64,000 bases of DNA from Vitrella brassicaformis CCMP3155 (taxonomy: Eukaryota > Protista > Chromerida): the NCBI GenBank assembly GCA_001179505.1, contig CDMY01000462.1, forward strand, positions 7,852-71,851, written 5' to 3'. The notes beneath the pieces are model-generated. The model was given only the letters and a program-made list of their open reading frames with translations. It ran no database searches and was not told where the DNA came from. The position numbers were made by a program, and so were the translations under genes. This document shows, piece after piece, positions 60,878-64,000 of this stretch. Numbering within the stretch: the stretch's first letter is position 1; each line of letters begins with the position of its first letter.

Positions 60878-63659
60878 TCATCTGGCAACAGCAGCGGCAG
60901 CCGGTGCCCCAGCTGCCGTCTCGTTGCGTGGCCGCGAGGGTGCCGCCCTCCCTGGGATGGCCGGCCACTGGTCCGGCGCGTCGAAGAGCTTGCCCGTGAT
61001 GCGCCGGGTGTCGCGCAGGACCTCGCGCCAGGACGGCCTCTCTTGGTCGATGATCTTCTCTACGTAGGGGTTGACCATCATGCTGCAAGGAGAGACATCA
61101 GACACACACGCGGTGGGTGCGTGTGTGGTGTGTGTGTGGGAATGTGTGATGGTCATGTACCCACCCGTCTGGGTCCACTTTGTCCCTCAGCTGACACCAC
61201 TCGCGGAACTTGGGGTACTTGTGGTACAGATCCTGATGAATGGATGGATGGATGGATGGACGCATCGGCCAAATCCATGGTGTGCAAGGGAACCCCACCG
61301 CCCCCACACCGACCTTGTAAGTGAGCTTGTGTTCCTTGGCCCAGTGGGGGCGGCCGCCCAGCGAATCCATGATCTCCTCAAAACCCTGATGGGATGATCC
61401 GCGAATCCATCCATGCATGCAGCGGGATCCCCCTCTCTGTCTGTCTGTCTGTCTGTCCCTCTGTCTGTCTGTCTTCATGACGTGCAGTAGCACCTGGAAG
61501 TACTCGCGCCAGAAGGGGGGCGGCTCGGCGTTCCACGGCCTGGTATGTGGCAGGCAGGCAACCACACACACACGTGTCATCTCACACACGGACACTTCTG
61601 TGTGAGTCGCTCGCTCCCTCCCTCCCTCCCTCCCCCCCTCCTTCTCCCCTGTCTGGCTGACCCACCATCTCACCGACCTGTACATGATGACGCCGATCCA
61701 GCACGTGTCTTGTCCACTGCAGGGGCTGAGCCAGATGTCGTCAGCGCGGGAGAACCGCACCTCCACAGGGAAGTGCACGCCCCACTCAGGCCGGCTCTCG
61801 ATGAACTTCTTCAGACGCCGGACAGCCTCGGCGCAGTTGCCGCGGGGAATCGACCACTCGTCGACGTATTGCCTGCAGAAAGCCATCGAGCCAGTGAGAC
61901 ACCGCACAGAGAGAGAGAGAGAGAGAGGGAAGTTCCCTACCTGAAAAGGCAGTCGAAGTTGAAGACTTTGTCTGATCGGTCGACCACGTCAGACACCTGG
62001 TTGAAGGCCACCGCACGACACACCTGACATCGCCACACACGTGCACACGCACACACGCGCGCGTGTCTGGATGCTATTTCCTCTCTCCCTCTCCCTCCCT
62101 CTCTCTCTCTCTCTGTGTGTGTGTGTGTTGTGTTGTGTTGGTATACCTGGTTGACGAACTGTGCAGACGGCGGGAAGAATCTCGTGAGCCACAGCACCGT
62201 CTCCAGCACATAGTTGAAAATCAGGAACTGGTTCGCCACCCAATCGCCCTCCGACTTGTTCGGCGTCTGCACCCCACACCCACAAACACGCGCAAGAGAC
62301 CACCTTAACGTTGCTTCCATCCATCCATCGGCTCACATACGTAAATAGGAACTCGATTGGCCTTCCACTCGATGCACATGTCGGTGTGGGGGAACCACCA
62401 GAAGCGGTAGTGCTCCGCCGTCCCCACTCGCTCGTCGATGTTGCTGAGGACGTCCTCCAGAGGCACAGGCCGCTGGGAGGATCTCAGCTTGAAGGCGGGC
62501 TCGCACTTGATGGTCATCTCGGACACCACCCCCAGCGCCCCCACGTGGCACAGGGCCGCCTTGAAGATGTCGGCGTTCTGCGTCGCAGAACACTCAATCA
62601 CCTCGCCCCTACACCCACATGCACACACAGACCAACCTCCCCATTGCCGCACTCTCTCTCTCTGCGTGTGCCCATGGTCGCTGACCGAGGGGTGATCAGC
62701 TCCAGCGCCTCGATGTAATCAGACATGCACGGGAACTTCCCGCCGGTGCCGTGTATGGCGCACGCCAGAGCGCCACCCATGCTCTGCTCGCTGATGGAAC
62801 TCAGCACGGAAAGGCCCAGGTTGTGCTCAGCCAGGAACTCGTTCAGCTGTGCGAGCGTCACACCCGCCTGCACGCGAACAGTGCCCCTGCCAGACAGACA
62901 GACAGCAGTGAGGGAGGGAGAGGCGTTGGTGAGGTGCGTGTGTGGTGCATGTGAGTGGGTACTTCTGTTCGTCGACGGAGATGATTTTGTTGTAGTTGTC
63001 GGTGGAGAGCATCCGCTGCTGGCACACAGCCATCGTGTTGGGGGAGCACCCAGTGCCCACCACCTTCAGCTGAGCCATCACACACAGACAGGCACACACA
63101 CAGAGAGAGAGAGAATGAGACCGTGCCTTGTGTGTGTGTAATCTCTTTCAGCTCATCACCTTCTGGCCCTTCTCTCTGGCGTCTTTGAGTATCGCCAGGA
63201 TGTCGTCTCTGGTCTCGGGCAGGTCGAAGTACTCGGGCGTGACACGCAGCGAGTTGTGCCAGTTGGTCCAGGTCTTGATCTGAGGATTCCACCCCCAGCC
63301 CCAACGAAGCGCCTGTGATGTGACACACACACAACACGCGCGCACACACGCAAGACTGTGTCTGTCTTCCATCGATTGACGCGAATCTGTCCTTCTTTCT
63401 GCCTTTCTCACTCGCGCACCTGTCTGCTCCATCCCTCCCTGCTGGCATCTGCTGCACGCAGACCCGCAGCTCCCGTTGTCGGTGTCGATGAGGCCGGACG
63501 CACTTGCTGCCGCGGCAAAGGCGCTGCGAGGTGCACACGATGAGGGCTGATGAAGGCCGCATTGGCGCGTGCCCGCCTCAGGATGCTTGGCGCGCCGCCG
63601 CGCACAAAGGAAGCTGTGGAGAGGATGGTCATGACCAGAAGTGAGATGTGTCGCTTCAT
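60878..63659 (-). CDS. Aldonolactone oxidoreductase (GULO/ALO/GLDH family, FAD-binding PCMH + ALO domain) with bipartite leader
   Basis: MKRHISLLVMTILSTASF...ANAAF leader. WTNW, KVVGTGCSPN, VQAGVTL, SISEQSMGGALACAIHGTG, HVGALGVV, RFWWFPHTD, FNFDCLF|RQYVDEWSIP, FPVEVRF, GGRPHWAK. Confidence 0.95.
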
Positions 63660-64000
63660 GCTTGGAGGAACAGGACACGCCGGGGCAGGAATGACGGTGA
63701 AGACAGCATTCGCAAACAAAGCGGCGGGAAGGGAAGGATCGCTTTGGAGTGTGTTAAACGGGCCAGGCGTCAGCAGCCTTCTCTTCACGCACACGCGTCT
63801 GCACGTCCATCATGTCAGGATTGCCAGCTTGGTAAGACGAACCACTGCGAGCTTGTGAACTAGGGTAGATTGCTGTGTAACGGAGAGAGAGAGGAGAAGA
63901 CAAGGAAAGACAAGGAAAGCATTCTGAGGAGACACGATCTTATCAGCCATCACCGAAGTGAGATCTGTGTTGACCACCCTTCATGATGCCATACATGGAC

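Noticed and set aside
1-64000. rRNA, tRNA, snoRNA, intact transposase or reverse transcriptase
   Set aside because: I saw no cloverleaf, rRNA signature, terminal repeats or RT/DDE motifs by eye. A tRNAscan/Infernal/RepeatMasker run would be needed to exclude them.

Overview
This is eukaryotic, GC-rich, intron-dense nuclear DNA. Introns are short (about 50-130 nt) and often filled with (CA/GT)n, (GACA)n, (GATG)n and (GA)n repeats. The gene set includes a CRT-like transporter, a P/U-type cyclin, a possible AP2-like domain and several proteins with signal-plus-transit leaders. That points to a photosynthetic alveolate, probably a chromerid such as Vitrella (inference). I spliced about 19 genes by hand using GT/GC-AG sites and reading frame. 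In order: GAF+bZIP-like factor (-), Crinkler-like Ubl/PD-(D/E)xK protein (+), CRT-like transporter (-), GcvT-like protein (-), LRR/Cys-rich/multi-TM receptor-like protein (+), hypothetical (+), NTF2+SOUL heme-binding protein (-), P-type cyclin (+), trypsin-like protein (-), hypothetical (-), SET-PHD-Tudor-PHD-AP2-like protein (+), TRAIP-like RING-H2 ligase (-), NAD(P)HX epimerase (-), DUF1445 protein (+), RNI-like LRR protein (+), coiled-coil protein (-), S/T-P-rich protein (-), F-box/WD40 protein (+), aldonolactone oxidoreductase (-). CDS coordinates are start-to-stop spans that include introns. I could not support any rRNA, tRNA, CRISPR array or intact transposon. The most unusual items are the GAF-bZIP factor, the SET/PHD/Tudor/AP2-like fusion, the lactone oxidoreductase with Cys at the flavinylation site and a plastid-type leader, several apparent pseudoenzymes, an 18-bp palindrome between divergent metabolite-repair genes, GATC clusters near start codons, and introns with complementary repeats at their two ends. 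All family assignments come from motif recognition; no database search was run.
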